From IMG/VR virus record IMGVR_UViG_3300029705_000023, positions 45,563-109,562 of that record: a stretch of 64,000 nt of DNA. One strand, given 5' to 3'. Positions 1 through 9,675 of this stretch are shown here, piece after piece. Each line of letters opens with the position of its first letter. Within the stretch, counting starts at the first letter, position 1. Source of the DNA: a virus (lineage: Duplodnaviria; Heunggongvirae; Uroviricota; Caudoviricetes). Below the pieces are notes generated by a model that saw only the letters and a list, made by a program, of their open reading frames with translations, had not been told where the DNA came from and ran no database searches. Both the position numbers and the translations under genes were made by a program.

Positions 1-525
1 ACACCGGCGCTTCTTTACTGGAACACGACGCATGACCGGGACATGGTTCGGGATTTCGCGGCTCGATTGGATAAATCGACCCGCATTAAGGTCAGTATCT
101 CGCCTTTTCCTATTTTTGACATTACGCCTCCGCTTCGGGAATTGACAGTTTCCTGCGGAGGCGCGGCAGGAGACAAGAAGGAGATACTGGACTTGTCTCG
201 AACACTTTACTTCTGTCCAAAGTCAGTATGGCCGGAGCTTCGGAACTATCTGATCAGTTACGGGTCCGTAGATGTGAAGAAACAGCGGGTAATGTTCGCG
301 GCGGAATGTCCTGTTATGCAGATCCCGGATTATGTTCGGATGGCGCAGGGACACATGCCTCCGGGTGTTATTAATATCGCGTCGATCGGGATCTACGCTT
401 CGGACTTTTGCAGTCTGTGGCGCAATGACCCGTCCAATCCGTTCGTCAGACCGAAGGCGATGCAGAAGGATCGCTGCGAAACGGCGTACTACGATGGAAT
501 GATGTTTCTGAAAGGGAGAGTATGA
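1..525 (+). CDS. Hypothetical protein, probably 5'-truncated by the window edge
   Basis: Frame is open from base 1 to TGA at 525; stop overlaps the next ATG (ATGA). Confidence 0.7.
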   Translation, partial: TPALLYWNTTHDRDMVRDFAARLDKSTRIKVSISPFPIFDITPPLRELTVSCGGAAGDKKEILDLSRTLYFCPKSVWPELRNYLISYGSVDVKKQRVMFAAECPVMQIPDYVRMAQGHMPPGVINIASIGIYASDFCSLWRNDPSNPFVRPKAMQKDRCETAYYDGMMFLKGRV

Positions 526-845
526 AACACTACATCATCCACTATAGATCATCACTGGATGATCCAGAGATCAAGGTCTGCGAATCGCTCGAGGAATTAA
601 CGGGATCCGTAACGGCGTTTCTCGCGGAGAAGCGAACTATTGCCGTGATCTCTGGAGAGATGTGGCAGTTCACGACCAACGGGCAGAGAATGACTTGCTC
701 TGGGCAGGACATTTGGCTTTTTGATCGGGATCTGTATACCACAGGTTTTATTAAAGGAAATGAGGAACATGCAAAACTTAAACAGCTACAGGAGACTGAT
801 CCTCAAGGAGGACGCTCCGGCGATGGCGGGTCATCTGGCGAATGA
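522..845 (+). CDS. Hypothetical phage protein
   Basis: ORF with GGGAGA RBS and ATGA coupling to the upstream gene. Confidence 0.7.
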   Translation: MKHYIIHYRSSLDDPEIKVCESLEELTGSVTAFLAEKRTIAVISGEMWQFTTNGQRMTCSGQDIWLFDRDLYTTGFIKGNEEHAKLKQLQETDPQGGRSGDGGSSGE

Positions 846-1197
846 CGAGACGATCTGGGAAGATCCTCCGGCATCCATGATCCAGTTTATGGACTCCAAA
901 AACCGGGAGCGGGCAGTGTCGGCAGACTGGTTTTCCGGAGAAAAGCTGGAGCGTTTGAAGAAGGAAGCCGTGGTACGGCATGGACGGGAGCTTTCATGGG
1001 TAGGCATGGCGGAACTGGCATTGCGGCTGGAGTATGAAGATCAGCAAAAGGAACTGATGTCAGAGGAACCTGCTGCTGAGCCGGAGCCGATCCTGGAGGT
1101 TCAGGAAGAGGACTATCAGTCGCTTCTGTCTATTCTTACCCGGCAGGCGGTAAAAGAACAGAAGAAAGCAGAGGAGAGTATTCAGGACTGGTTCTGA
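769..1197 (+). CDS. Hypothetical acidic phage protein
   Basis: ORF 721-1197; likely start ATG769; stop overlaps next start. Confidence 0.65.
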   Translation: MQNLNSYRRLILKEDAPAMAGHLANDETIWEDPPASMIQFMDSKNRERAVSADWFSGEKLERLKKEAVVRHGRELSWVGMAELALRLEYEDQQKELMSEEPAAEPEPILEVQEEDYQSLLSILTRQAVKEQKKAEESIQDWF

Positions 1198-1685
1198 TGA
1201 GACTCTCGGAAGCGATACGGTTTCTATTCCAGCGGAAGGAGTCTGTCCGCAGGCGTTCCTGGGATGCGAGCCGCCGGTTGGAATCGGAACCCATACAGGG
1301 TCTGATGTATGATCAGACAGGGAATACACGAAAGATCTTCATTCCCGAACTGGATGACTATCTGGCGCAGGACTGGGTGTCCTGTTCCGGCGAAGAACTT
1401 GCGGAAAGCGAGGAAAAAGATACTATAGAGAAGAGTATCTGCTGGATGCTTCTGACGCATGGTTTCGTGCGGAGAAGAGCATGGCACCCGCAGGCGTATG
1501 TGCATCTGCCGGAAGGCGGGCGGCTGCCGATGCTCCATAGTCTGACAGCGGGAATGGAAATGGATACGCTCCTGATACCTTCCAGGGAAGATTGCCTTGC
1601 GGAGGACTGGGGTTATTGTGACTTTAAGATAAGGAGAAAACATGGAAAAGACGACATTGATTTGCATTGCGGACGTTCTGCGTGA
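1197..1685 (+). CDS. Hypothetical phage protein
   Basis: Coupled ORF in the + strand run. Confidence 0.7.
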   Translation: MRLSEAIRFLFQRKESVRRRSWDASRRLESEPIQGLMYDQTGNTRKIFIPELDDYLAQDWVSCSGEELAESEEKDTIEKSICWMLLTHGFVRRRAWHPQAYVHLPEGGRLPMLHSLTAGMEMDTLLIPSREDCLAEDWGYCDFKIRRKHGKDDIDLHCGRSA

Positions 1686-2061
1686 GCAGGTGAAGGCAAC
1701 GCAGGCAGTTCTGAAGGATAAATCTGCAGACGCCCGGGTATTGCTTTGTCAGATAATGCAGTTCAACTCGGGAATGCTTGCAGCCCTTCAGGCAACCGGA
1801 CTTCTGGATGAGGATGAGATCATTGAGATGACGGACGAGGAGCTGAAAGCATTTATCGAATCCTGCGGCGAGGAATCTGTGGAGGATCTTGGTGATCCGG
1901 CAGAGGAACGGGAGGAAGCCGGTTCGGAAAAGACGGAGCCGGAAGCGGACGCGAAACAGGAAGACATGGAAAGATGTGCCATCGTATTCGAGTTTTCTCC
2001 TGATGTTACTGTCGTCATGACGGATGAGCCGCACAAGTCCTGCGGCAAGTGTTGCAAATAA
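1642..2061 (+). CDS. Hypothetical acidic protein ending in CxxC
   Basis: AAGGAG RBS; followed by a terminator. Confidence 0.75.
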   Translation: MEKTTLICIADVLREQVKATQAVLKDKSADARVLLCQIMQFNSGMLAALQATGLLDEDEIIEMTDEELKAFIESCGEESVEDLGDPAEEREEAGSEKTEPEADAKQEDMERCAIVFEFSPDVTVVMTDEPHKSCGKCCK

Positions 2062-2075
2062 TCAAACTTAAGTTT

Positions 2076-2107
2076 CAGCCCGGTGAGCGATCATCGGGCT
2101 TTTTTTT
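2076..2107 (+). terminator. Intrinsic terminator
   Basis: GCCCGGTGA-GCGA-TCATCGGGC stem followed by a T8 tract. Confidence 0.8.
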
Positions 2108-2437
2108 ATGGAGGTTTTTATGTTTGTTCAAACATTTACGCTGACGCCTGGGAATACGCGGGTCAGAGGTGTTGCGGCGGTTCCGATGGCAGGCGGGTAT
2201 GAGGCTTCGGATGGAAACTACGTGCTTATTCTGGATGAGGAGCTGGACTGCACCGGGACCATTCGCGTCATTGGCGAAGATGGTACCGTGTATGAATGCG
2301 TGGACTCGTTCTTCGTCGGAAATGGAAGAACGGTCCTGCTCGGAGATCATTGGCGTCTGTTCGAGGCGGACGAGCTGGCGAAAGTCTCTGATAAATTGGA
2401 AGATGCGACTCGTATCGTAAATGAAGTGCTTTGGTAA
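2108..2437 (+). CDS. Hypothetical phage protein
   Basis: ORF; GGAGG precedes the internal ATG at 2120, the more likely start. Confidence 0.75.
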   Translation: MEVFMFVQTFTLTPGNTRVRGVAAVPMAGGYEASDGNYVLILDEELDCTGTIRVIGEDGTVYECVDSFFVGNGRTVLLGDHWRLFEADELAKVSDKLEDATRIVNEVLW

Positions 2438-2449
2438 AAGGAGCTCAGG

Positions 2450-3169
2450 ATGAAAACGTTCAAATATAGACATTGGGGCACGCTGGAATCAGTGCTCATG
2501 GAGCTGATGGGACTGGAGTTTATAGAAGAGATGTCCGAGGGTCCTGTGTGTCATATCGCTATCCAAGACGAAGCCGCGGGCAAGATCGAGGAGCTGGCGA
2601 AGGAGTATGCGGTTCTGTGTTTCTGTAAAGCGGAGACCGCAAAGGTCCGTGAGTTTTTCGAGGAACATCGTCAGCTTCTTCTCGAGTTCATCGACCAGCA
2701 GATCGAAGAGGATTACTCTATGACACGGTGGTCCTATATCGGAAGTTTAAGCGAGATAGACCGCTGTCGTATGGACGCGGTATTTTCTATTTTTACAGAC
2801 GGTCCGGATCATACCCTCGAAGACGTAGAAGCTGTAGCGGTCGCGATCGTAAGGGACGCGGCCGAGAAGTTCTTTAAGGAAGCCGTTGTTTGTTTGGAGC
2901 AGGCGTTTGAAAGCTCTTCTGCCTGCGCGGTTATTGAGGAAGCGGTGAAGAGGTTCTGCGGGGAGATCAATGATAAGTCGACGGACATACGGCTGATCGA
3001 AGACGTATTGCACTCGGTCCTGTATCCGCTGCTCGGAGAAACATCACGCCGTTATTTTCAGGAACACCGCGATAAGTATTCCGCCGGGTACGCGGATGCA
3101 GATGACATGAGCTTCGCGATCGAGGAGCTGAAAACAAAACTCTGGGAACAGTATCAAAAGTTCGTTTGA
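2450..3169 (+). CDS. Hypothetical protein, paralog of 3881-4588
   Basis: AAGGAG RBS; shared motifs (FKYRHWGTLE/FLYQRWGALE, FTDGP/ITNGP, LYPLLG/LYPWLG, KYSAGYAD/KYSKGYAD). Confidence 0.85.
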   Translation: MKTFKYRHWGTLESVLMELMGLEFIEEMSEGPVCHIAIQDEAAGKIEELAKEYAVLCFCKAETAKVREFFEEHRQLLLEFIDQQIEEDYSMTRWSYIGSLSEIDRCRMDAVFSIFTDGPDHTLEDVEAVAVAIVRDAAEKFFKEAVVCLEQAFESSSACAVIEEAVKRFCGEINDKSTDIRLIEDVLHSVLYPLLGETSRRYFQEHRDKYSAGYADADDMSFAIEELKTKLWEQYQKFV

Positions 3170-3180
3170 CAGGAGCAGGA

Positions 3181-3348
3181 GCGATGATCGTTCATGAATT
3201 TGATTGGAACGGGTGGCACGTTGAAGTGCATTATGATGATCTGGCAGAGAATCCGCGGAAGTGGGATGGGAACCTTGGTTACATGCGGACGCGGGATCGG
3301 CGTGATGCCGGACAGGTCTGGGAGGATATTCCGGAAAAGGAGGCATGA
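3181..3348 (+). CDS. Short protein resembling the N-terminus of 4596-5165 (possibly truncated paralog)
   Basis: GWHVEVHYDDLAENPRKWDGNLGY vs NWRFEVDYDQWSESPRSWDNIGY. Confidence 0.6.
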   Translation, partial: AMIVHEFDWNGWHVEVHYDDLAENPRKWDGNLGYMRTRDRRDAGQVWEDIPEKEA

Positions 3349-3349
3349 T

Positions 3350-3781
3350 ATGAAAAAGGACACCTACCTCGTGGCCAGCTTTGACAGTGCTGAAGGACTT
3401 CACCTCTATATCGCGACACCCGAAGACTTCCGTGCAAGCGGTCTGGCGCACCTCGCCGAACTCATCGGCGGCAGGCAGCATCTTGTGAGGCGGCGCGGGC
3501 ACTATTACGACGCTGTTGCGTGGTCAGACTCGGAAGATCGCGATGAGCTTGGCTACTACACGACGACCCGCCACACCTGGCGCTATGTGGCGGACCACGC
3601 CAGAGATTGTGCGTTCGGTGGTTGCATGACGGCCAGCGATGTCCTCTGGGAGATGTCGCGCCATGACGTAACAGACCTGCGCATGTACGCAGATGGTGAG
3701 TATGGCGTCTACGGCGACGATGACGCAATCGAGATCCTGCGAGCAGCCGCAGCCGAGTTGCTGCATACCCGGGACGCATGA
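3350..3781 (+). CDS. Hypothetical phage protein
   Basis: AAGGAGG RBS before ATG3350; in frame with track ORF 3194-3781. Confidence 0.75.
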   Translation: MKKDTYLVASFDSAEGLHLYIATPEDFRASGLAHLAELIGGRQHLVRRRGHYYDAVAWSDSEDRDELGYYTTTRHTWRYVADHARDCAFGGCMTASDVLWEMSRHDVTDLRMYADGEYGVYGDDDAIEILRAAAAELLHTRDA

Positions 3782-3880
3782 TGCGGAAGTGAACCGCGGT
3801 CGGAACCGCGGCCGCTTCAGCCGGATCCCCGGTTCCGCTTAAAAAGACTTTACAAAAAAGACAAAGAAAAGGAATAAGTT

Positions 3881-4588
3881 ATGAGATCATTTTTGTATCA
3901 GCGCTGGGGCGCTCTGGAAGACGCCTATATGCGGACATTCGGTATCAGCTTCCTGAACGAGGAAGTGGGTACCAGGGAGCCGATTACATTTTGTATCACC
4001 TTCACGGACAAAGCCGTGGAGGAGCTCGAAGACATTGATGAACCGCTGCTCAAGCGATTGACGGACGAGCTGTGCGAGGAGTTCTTTGACAGGCACCGCG
4101 AAGAGATCTTCGAGTACATCGACTGGACGAACGAGGATGATAAATACGCCACGCGGCTGTCGTATATCCTTAACCTGACGGACGCGGATAGTGACACTGT
4201 GTTCGATTTTATTACGAACGGTCCTCATTGCTGCAGGGAGGAACGGCGGGAGATCGCGTCGGCCGTCGTTAAGCACAGCGCCGGAGAGATCCTTAGAGAG
4301 ATCCGGGAATGCCTCGAACAATTCCGGACGGCATCTCTGGAATGCCAGGCGATGGACTATGCAGCAAGAAAGCTGTGTACCGCCGTCAAGGAGAAGTCCG
4401 ACCGGATCGAAGAGCTGGTTGACACCCTGACGGCGGTTCTTTACCCCTGGCTCGGCATTACGCCTGAACGAATCTTCAAGGAACATCTGCAGAAGTACTC
4501 TAAGGGGTATGCGGATGACGGCGACGCGGAACTGGCGTGCCTGGAGTTGCAGGAAAAACTGCGTGATCAGTATAAGAAACTTTCGTAA
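3881..4588 (+). CDS. Hypothetical protein, paralog of 2450-3169
   Basis: AAGGA RBS; colinear similarity to 2450-3169. Confidence 0.85.
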   Translation: MRSFLYQRWGALEDAYMRTFGISFLNEEVGTREPITFCITFTDKAVEELEDIDEPLLKRLTDELCEEFFDRHREEIFEYIDWTNEDDKYATRLSYILNLTDADSDTVFDFITNGPHCCREERREIASAVVKHSAGEILREIRECLEQFRTASLECQAMDYAARKLCTAVKEKSDRIEELVDTLTAVLYPWLGITPERIFKEHLQKYSKGYADDGDAELACLELQEKLRDQYKKLS

Positions 4589-4595
4589 GGAGAGA

Positions 4596-5165
4596 ATGAT
4601 GAAACACGAACACGAACATGAAATCGAATTCCGAAACTGGCGGTTTGAAGTGGATTACGATCAGTGGTCTGAGAGCCCCCGAAGCTGGGATAACATCGGG
4701 TACCTGATCACCCACGAAAGCCGCTATGTCGGCGGATATAATGAACGGGTGCCGGAAGGCGAAAAGGTCGTCCTGACTCTGCCGGTCTATCTCTACGTTC
4801 ACAGCGGAGCGACGATCAGTACGGCTCCGTTTGGCTGCCCGTGGGACTCCGGGCAGTGGGGCGTCATCCGTGCGACGAAGGAGCGGTGCCGGGAAATCCT
4901 CGGCTGGGATGAGATCACGCCGGAACGTAAAGAGAAACTTAAGACGTATCTCGAAGGGGAGATCGACATCCTGGACACATACATACGCGGTGAGGTGTAT
5001 CGTGTCATCGCCTATAAAGACGGCGACGTTTACGACTCCTGCTGTGGATTTCTGGGTGAAGAATGGAAGGACTACGTGCTGGACCTGTATCACGACCCGC
5101 AGCTTACGTTTGACTGGTACGGGAACCCAAGAGAGCAGCTGAAAGAGCTGCTCGCTGCGTGTTAA
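4596..5165 (+). CDS. Conserved phage/MGE hypothetical protein (LPVYLYxHSG...CPWDSGQ type)
   Basis: AAGGAG RBS; motif LPVYLYVHSGATISTAPFGCPWDSGQWG, recalled as a recurrent MGE family. Confidence 0.75.
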   Translation: MMKHEHEHEIEFRNWRFEVDYDQWSESPRSWDNIGYLITHESRYVGGYNERVPEGEKVVLTLPVYLYVHSGATISTAPFGCPWDSGQWGVIRATKERCREILGWDEITPERKEKLKTYLEGEIDILDTYIRGEVYRVIAYKDGDVYDSCCGFLGEEWKDYVLDLYHDPQLTFDWYGNPREQLKELLAAC

Positions 5166-5169
5166 GAAC

Positions 5170-5197
5170 TTGACGCGGCGTACAGACTGCATAGTAT
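5170..5197 (+). promoter_or_regulatory. Sigma70-like promoter upstream of dut
   Basis: TTGACG-N16-TAGTAT, followed by AGGAGG RBS. Confidence 0.55.
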
Positions 5198-5212
5198 ACT
5201 TTCATAGGAGGT

Positions 5213-5635
5213 ATGCTTATGCAGATCAAAATTCAGTTGATCGGGGACGGCAAGGTTCCCGAGAAAGCTCCAGGCGGAGCGTGGTACGATGTCAGTGCCG
5301 GTAAAGACATTGAGTATAAAGCGGGAGAACGGGTCATGATCCCGCTGGGGTTTGCGTGCAGGCTGCCGGATGGGTATGAAGCCTGTCTGGTAGCGAGATC
5401 CAGTACTTATAAAAAGTACGGTCTTTTGCAGGCAAACGCCTTTGGAGTGATCGATCCTGCGTTTTGTGGTCCCGGGGATCAGTGGCACTTTCAGTGTCAT
5501 GCGGTCCGTGACGGGGTTGTGAAAGCAGGTGAGAGGGTGGCGCAGTTTCGTATTCAGGCGGTACAGCCGGATGCCGAGATCGTGCTGGGTGAACTGGACT
5601 CTCCGGACAGGGGAGGATTCGGGTCTACAGGTTGA
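5213..5635 (+). CDS. dut: Trimeric dUTPase
   Basis: Motifs AWYDV, RSS, GVIDPAFCG, RVAQF and C-terminal RGGFGSTG. Confidence 0.93.
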   Translation: MLMQIKIQLIGDGKVPEKAPGGAWYDVSAGKDIEYKAGERVMIPLGFACRLPDGYEACLVARSSTYKKYGLLQANAFGVIDPAFCGPGDQWHFQCHAVRDGVVKAGERVAQFRIQAVQPDAEIVLGELDSPDRGGFGSTG

Positions 5636-5689
5636 ATTTGGATCGCCGCGCAGTGAAGAGCTGTGCGGTTTTTTTGGTGGAGAGACGAC

Positions 5690-6220
5690 ATGAAAATCGC
5701 AGGATTTACGTGGATCGGGGAAGAAAAGTACGGAATCATTACACCGGAACAGACATCCGGCGAGTATCGGGGCGGGGACATCACGGCACTGGCATACCTG
5801 TCGGATGCAGGTCCCTGTTTTATCGGAAGTCAGGAATTTCAGGACTGTAAGCAGCTGCGCGAGATCCTGTTTCAGCCTGGTCTGATCTCGATCGGCGCGG
5901 ATGCTTTTCAGGGCTGTTCCAGTCTGACCGCTGTTACGTTTCCATACACACTGAGGTGTGTTCATACAAATGCCTTCGGGGATGTGAAACTTCGTATGGC
6001 CCGCTTTGAGGAAGGTGTCCAGATGCTCTGTGCTCTGGCATTTCGAAACGGGATCAAAAGCGGGTGTGTGCATCTTCCTGTATCTCTGAAATACATTCAT
6101 GAGTCTGCTTTTGACATGTGCCGGGATGTGGTCTTTCACGTGGTGAAGGGGACGTATGCCTGCGACCGTATGCGGGAGCTGGCGAAGCAGCATTCGGACT
6201 GGATCATCGACGAGTTTTAG
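5690..6220 (+). CDS. BspA/TpLRR leucine-rich repeat protein
   Basis: IGADAFQGCSSLTAVTFP and IHESAFDMC repeats. Confidence 0.85.
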   Translation: MKIAGFTWIGEEKYGIITPEQTSGEYRGGDITALAYLSDAGPCFIGSQEFQDCKQLREILFQPGLISIGADAFQGCSSLTAVTFPYTLRCVHTNAFGDVKLRMARFEEGVQMLCALAFRNGIKSGCVHLPVSLKYIHESAFDMCRDVVFHVVKGTYACDRMRELAKQHSDWIIDEF

Positions 6221-6228
6221 GGGGAGTT

Positions 6229-6792
6229 ATGTGCCGGATCAAAAACTGCGGATGCGGCGGGTCGGTTTATTATGAATGTTCCGGTTACGACCCGGTTCAT
6301 TGGGAGAAAGACATTCTTCGAGGCGACGCGGATTTTGGCTGTCCTGATCCGACGTTTCGGCTGAGGTGCACGGCATGCGGACGCGAAGTCTGCGGAAGGC
6401 ACTATAGTCCGACGGTCCATGAATGGAATACGGGCGAGTCCGACCTCGAAGGCTATTATCGGCTGCGCCGGGAGTGTATCAGGAAAGCTGGAGACAGTGC
6501 CGTTACGTGTCTGCTTCCTGTGGTCCATTCGATACAGGACCGTCTCTATGCGTTTTTTGATGCAGAGACGGAGATCGAAAAGTACGTTGCGTGGCGGGTC
6601 GCAGAAGTCGAGGCTATCTGTCTGATCCTGCCTTATATCGGATCCGACTCGGTCATCGATGTGGTTCGAAGAGCCATGTCGGATTATATTCAGGGTCCAA
6701 AATTCGATGCGGTCGCGGATAATGTTTTCGTAAAGAACTTTCTGGGAGATCTTCTGGAAGAAAAATACTGGTACGACCTGGAAAAGGCGTGA
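6229..6792 (+). CDS. Hypothetical protein with Cys-rich N-terminus (possible Zn-binding)
   Basis: GGGGAG RBS; CGCGG and CTACG motifs. Confidence 0.7.
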   Translation: MCRIKNCGCGGSVYYECSGYDPVHWEKDILRGDADFGCPDPTFRLRCTACGREVCGRHYSPTVHEWNTGESDLEGYYRLRRECIRKAGDSAVTCLLPVVHSIQDRLYAFFDAETEIEKYVAWRVAEVEAICLILPYIGSDSVIDVVRRAMSDYIQGPKFDAVADNVFVKNFLGDLLEEKYWYDLEKA

Positions 6793-6793
6793 C

Positions 6794-6867
6794 TTTATTA
6801 AAAGTTTTGAGTCTTTCCTTTAATAAGGAAATTCTTATTAAACGTTTTGAGCGTTTCCTTTAATAAG
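6794..6867. repeat. Tandem pair of 33-bp units, each bounded by inverted TTATTAAA/TTTAATAA arms
   Basis: 6795-6827 and 6835-6867 match at 30/33; junction TTTAATAAG-GAAATT-CTTATTAAA is a 9-6-9 inverted repeat. Confidence 0.85.
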
Positions 6868-6919
6868 AAGACTTTTCGAGCCGGAGCGGTTCGGGAGGTC
6901 TGCTTTTGTGGAGAAAGAA

Positions 6920-7888
6920 ATGGAAAAGAAATACTATTTTCTGAAAGATTCGGAAATTGGACTTAGATGTCTTCCGGCAGAAATGGCGGAAAAGGACATG
7001 CAGGAGATCTTCGGCTATCGGTTTCTTCTGCCGCGTGACCTGCGGGCTGAGGCGGAACGCCTGCAGGCTTTCAGTACCGCGGAAGGAGACTTGACTGCAT
7101 TCTGTCCGGAGAACGCGGCGTACCGCCGCGTGACGGAAGAATATTCTCTTGAACTGAAACGTAACTACTTTGCATTTTTCGGCGGAAACGGGCGTGGTGA
7201 CATCTGGTACTATTACGGGTGGCTTTGCACGCCGACGGAGTTCGCGGTCGCGTACCGGGAGATCTGGGATCGTTACCCGGCTCCGGAAGATTTTCTGGAA
7301 GACACCCGCGGAGCGGCAGATGAGGCTGCTGTGAGTCTGGATACGCTGCGGAACTCCGACACGCTGACGGAGCCGGATCTTTGCCAGCGGCTGACCGGGG
7401 GCGTTTTATATCTGCCGGAGGGGTTCAGGCGCGTGGGTCCCGGATTGCTTCAGGGAGATTTCTCGGTTGATGTACTTATCATTCCGGAAGGGTATGAAAG
7501 TATCGAGATGTCGGCATTTCGGAGGTGCGGCAATTTGCGTACGGTGATGTTTCCGTACTCGCTGCGGCATATTCGGGAACATGCGTTTGACGGATGCCGC
7601 CAGCTGCACTCGGTCCTTTCCTGGGGCGGTATTGAAACCATCGGAGAGGAAGCGTTCTATGGAAATGACTTCTGGTCCATTGAACTCCCGAACTCGGTAC
7701 GGAGTATCGGGAAGCAGGCGTTTTACTCTTCCCACTTCGCGTACGTGCATCTCGGCGAGGGAGTGGAAGTGGAAGAGGATTCGTTTCATAGCGATACCCT
7801 GTGTTATGCGCCGATGGATTCGGATACGATGCGGCGGCTTTTGATCGCGGGGTGTAGAGTCAGGAGCTCAGGAGAAAATAAGAAATGA
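6920..7888 (+). CDS. Protein with unknown N-terminal domain and C-terminal BspA-like LRRs
   Basis: IEMSAFRRCGNLRTVMFP, IREHAFDGCRQL, IGKQAFY repeats. Confidence 0.85.
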   Translation: MEKKYYFLKDSEIGLRCLPAEMAEKDMQEIFGYRFLLPRDLRAEAERLQAFSTAEGDLTAFCPENAAYRRVTEEYSLELKRNYFAFFGGNGRGDIWYYYGWLCTPTEFAVAYREIWDRYPAPEDFLEDTRGAADEAAVSLDTLRNSDTLTEPDLCQRLTGGVLYLPEGFRRVGPGLLQGDFSVDVLIIPEGYESIEMSAFRRCGNLRTVMFPYSLRHIREHAFDGCRQLHSVLSWGGIETIGEEAFYGNDFWSIELPNSVRSIGKQAFYSSHFAYVHLGEGVEVEEDSFHSDTLCYAPMDSDTMRRLLIAGCRVRSSGENKK

Positions 7889-8541
7889 AACAGCATTTGG
7901 TATTAAAAGACAGTGTTCTGAATGTTTACTGTGATACGATCCGGGACAAACAGTTTGCAGGATGGCGCGACATCCAGGAGATCGTGTTTCACTCGGAAGT
8001 GAAACGCATTGGAGAATCGGCGTTTGCGGGCTGTACCTGCCCAAGGGTTCATTTCAAGGAGGGGGTCGAATTTATTGAGGAGTGTGCCTTTTACGGTTCG
8101 ACTCTGGAGGAGCTTTGTTTCGACAGGACCGTTTATTCGATCGGAGCGTTTGCCTTTGAAAATACGAATGTTGAAAAAGTGACTTTCGGAGGAGGTGTAG
8201 GTGCCCTAGGGAAGGGTGCGTTCAAGGGAAACTACTGGCTGGAGAAGTTCCATAATCCAGGTCCGCTGCTCAGGCTCGGAGACGGTGTTTTTCAGGATTG
8301 CGAAAAGCTGGAGGATGTTTCTCTTGGAAGCAGTATGGCTGCCCGGATGGGGGAGCGTATGTTCCAGAACTGTTCTCGGCTGCGGGATGTGATCCTGCCT
8401 CCGCGTTTGGAAAGTATTCCGTTGAACACCTTTGACGGCTGTTTCAGTCTGGAAGAGGTGACGATGCCGAATGTTCTGACACGGGATGAACGGGAGCAGC
8501 TGTTTAAGGACAGTTACTCGTATCCTGTTATTAATAAATAA
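7885..8541 (+). CDS. BspA/TpLRR protein
   Basis: IGESAFAGC, VFQDCEKLEDV, FQNCSRLRDVILP repeats. Confidence 0.88.
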   Translation: MKQHLVLKDSVLNVYCDTIRDKQFAGWRDIQEIVFHSEVKRIGESAFAGCTCPRVHFKEGVEFIEECAFYGSTLEELCFDRTVYSIGAFAFENTNVEKVTFGGGVGALGKGAFKGNYWLEKFHNPGPLLRLGDGVFQDCEKLEDVSLGSSMAARMGERMFQNCSRLRDVILPPRLESIPLNTFDGCFSLEEVTMPNVLTRDEREQLFKDSYSYPVINK

Positions 8542-8555
8542 TCGTGATTTCCGGA

Positions 8556-9661
8556 GGGGTCGAAAGGCTCCGCCTGTTTTGTTTTGAGGAGGAAAAGTAT
8601 GTCAAAACTGTATCTGGATAAAAAGGTTATTTGTGAAAAGGACATTATAGACAAAGACGTTGAGGTGGTCGAACTTGGCTACGATGTCAAAAAGATCGAG
8701 GATGATGCCTTTCGGGAGCTGGGATCTCTTCGGGAAGTTACCTGTTACAGCAAGTGGGTAACACTGGGGAAGAGAGCGTTTGAGAACTGCACTTCTCTTG
8801 AGAAAGTGAAACTGCACACAGAATGTATTCCGCCGGCATGTTTCAGGCATTGCGGCTCACTGCGGGAGTTCGACTTCACAGGAGTGAGACATATTCTGGT
8901 TGATGCTTTCGTGTGTTGTTTTTCTCTCGAAAAAGTAGACCGTCCAGAAGTGGAAGCGATCGAGTCTTTTGCATTTGACGGCTGTACGGGCCTCAAGGAG
9001 TTTGAAAGTGCGTTCCCTGAAGCATACATTTCACCTTGTGCCTTCGACGACCACGTTAAAGTGTATCGTGCTGAGGAGAATGCAGGTGTCCGCCTGCTGC
9101 GGGACGGCGAGGTCCTTTGTTCGGGACACCGCTGTACAGTAGACGCGTATGTCGTTCCGGACACTGTGAAGACGATCCAGCGGGCGGCATTCAAAGGCGC
9201 GACGATCGCATCTTTGACGGTTTCTGTGGAAGAGATACCAAGCAGCATGTGTGAGGAGTGCATTTGGCTCTCCTCTCTGGATCTGCAGGAGGGTGTGCGG
9301 CATATCCGGGACTATGCCTTTGCTGGCTGCCAGCGGCTGCATAGGCTGGTACTTCCAGAGGGGCTGGAGTCTATCGGGCCGTATGCTTTTTCCGGTTCGG
9401 GAGTTGAGACCGTGCAGTGGCCCTCGACGCTAAGGGTCATCGAAGAAGCGGCTTTCTTAGACATAAAACTGAAAGAGACGTCACTTCCGGATTCGGTAGT
9501 GTACATCGGCGACGCGGCATTCGATGGACTTCGGCGTGTCAGCGTGAGTAAAAACACGTACTGTCATCCGAATGCGTTTCCGGAGAACTGTATCGTAGAG
9601 TATCGTGATTAAACAGAATTAAGTTGTTGGGCGGGGTCGAGAGGCTCCGCCGGTTTTGTTT
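8556..9661 (+). repeat. Direct repeat pair (hairpin + T-rich) flanking the LRR gene 8599-9612
   Basis: GGGGTCGA(A/G)AGGCTCCGCC(T/G)GTTTTGTTT at 8556-8584 and 9633-9661, 27/29 identical. Confidence 0.8.
8599..9612 (+). CDS. BspA/TpLRR protein
   Basis: Many IxxxAFxxCxxL repeats; AGGAGG RBS. Confidence 0.9.
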   Translation: MSKLYLDKKVICEKDIIDKDVEVVELGYDVKKIEDDAFRELGSLREVTCYSKWVTLGKRAFENCTSLEKVKLHTECIPPACFRHCGSLREFDFTGVRHILVDAFVCCFSLEKVDRPEVEAIESFAFDGCTGLKEFESAFPEAYISPCAFDDHVKVYRAEENAGVRLLRDGEVLCSGHRCTVDAYVVPDTVKTIQRAAFKGATIASLTVSVEEIPSSMCEECIWLSSLDLQEGVRHIRDYAFAGCQRLHRLVLPEGLESIGPYAFSGSGVETVQWPSTLRVIEEAAFLDIKLKETSLPDSVVYIGDAAFDGLRRVSVSKNTYCHPNAFPENCIVEYRD

Positions 9662-9675
9662 ATAAGGAGAAAGAG

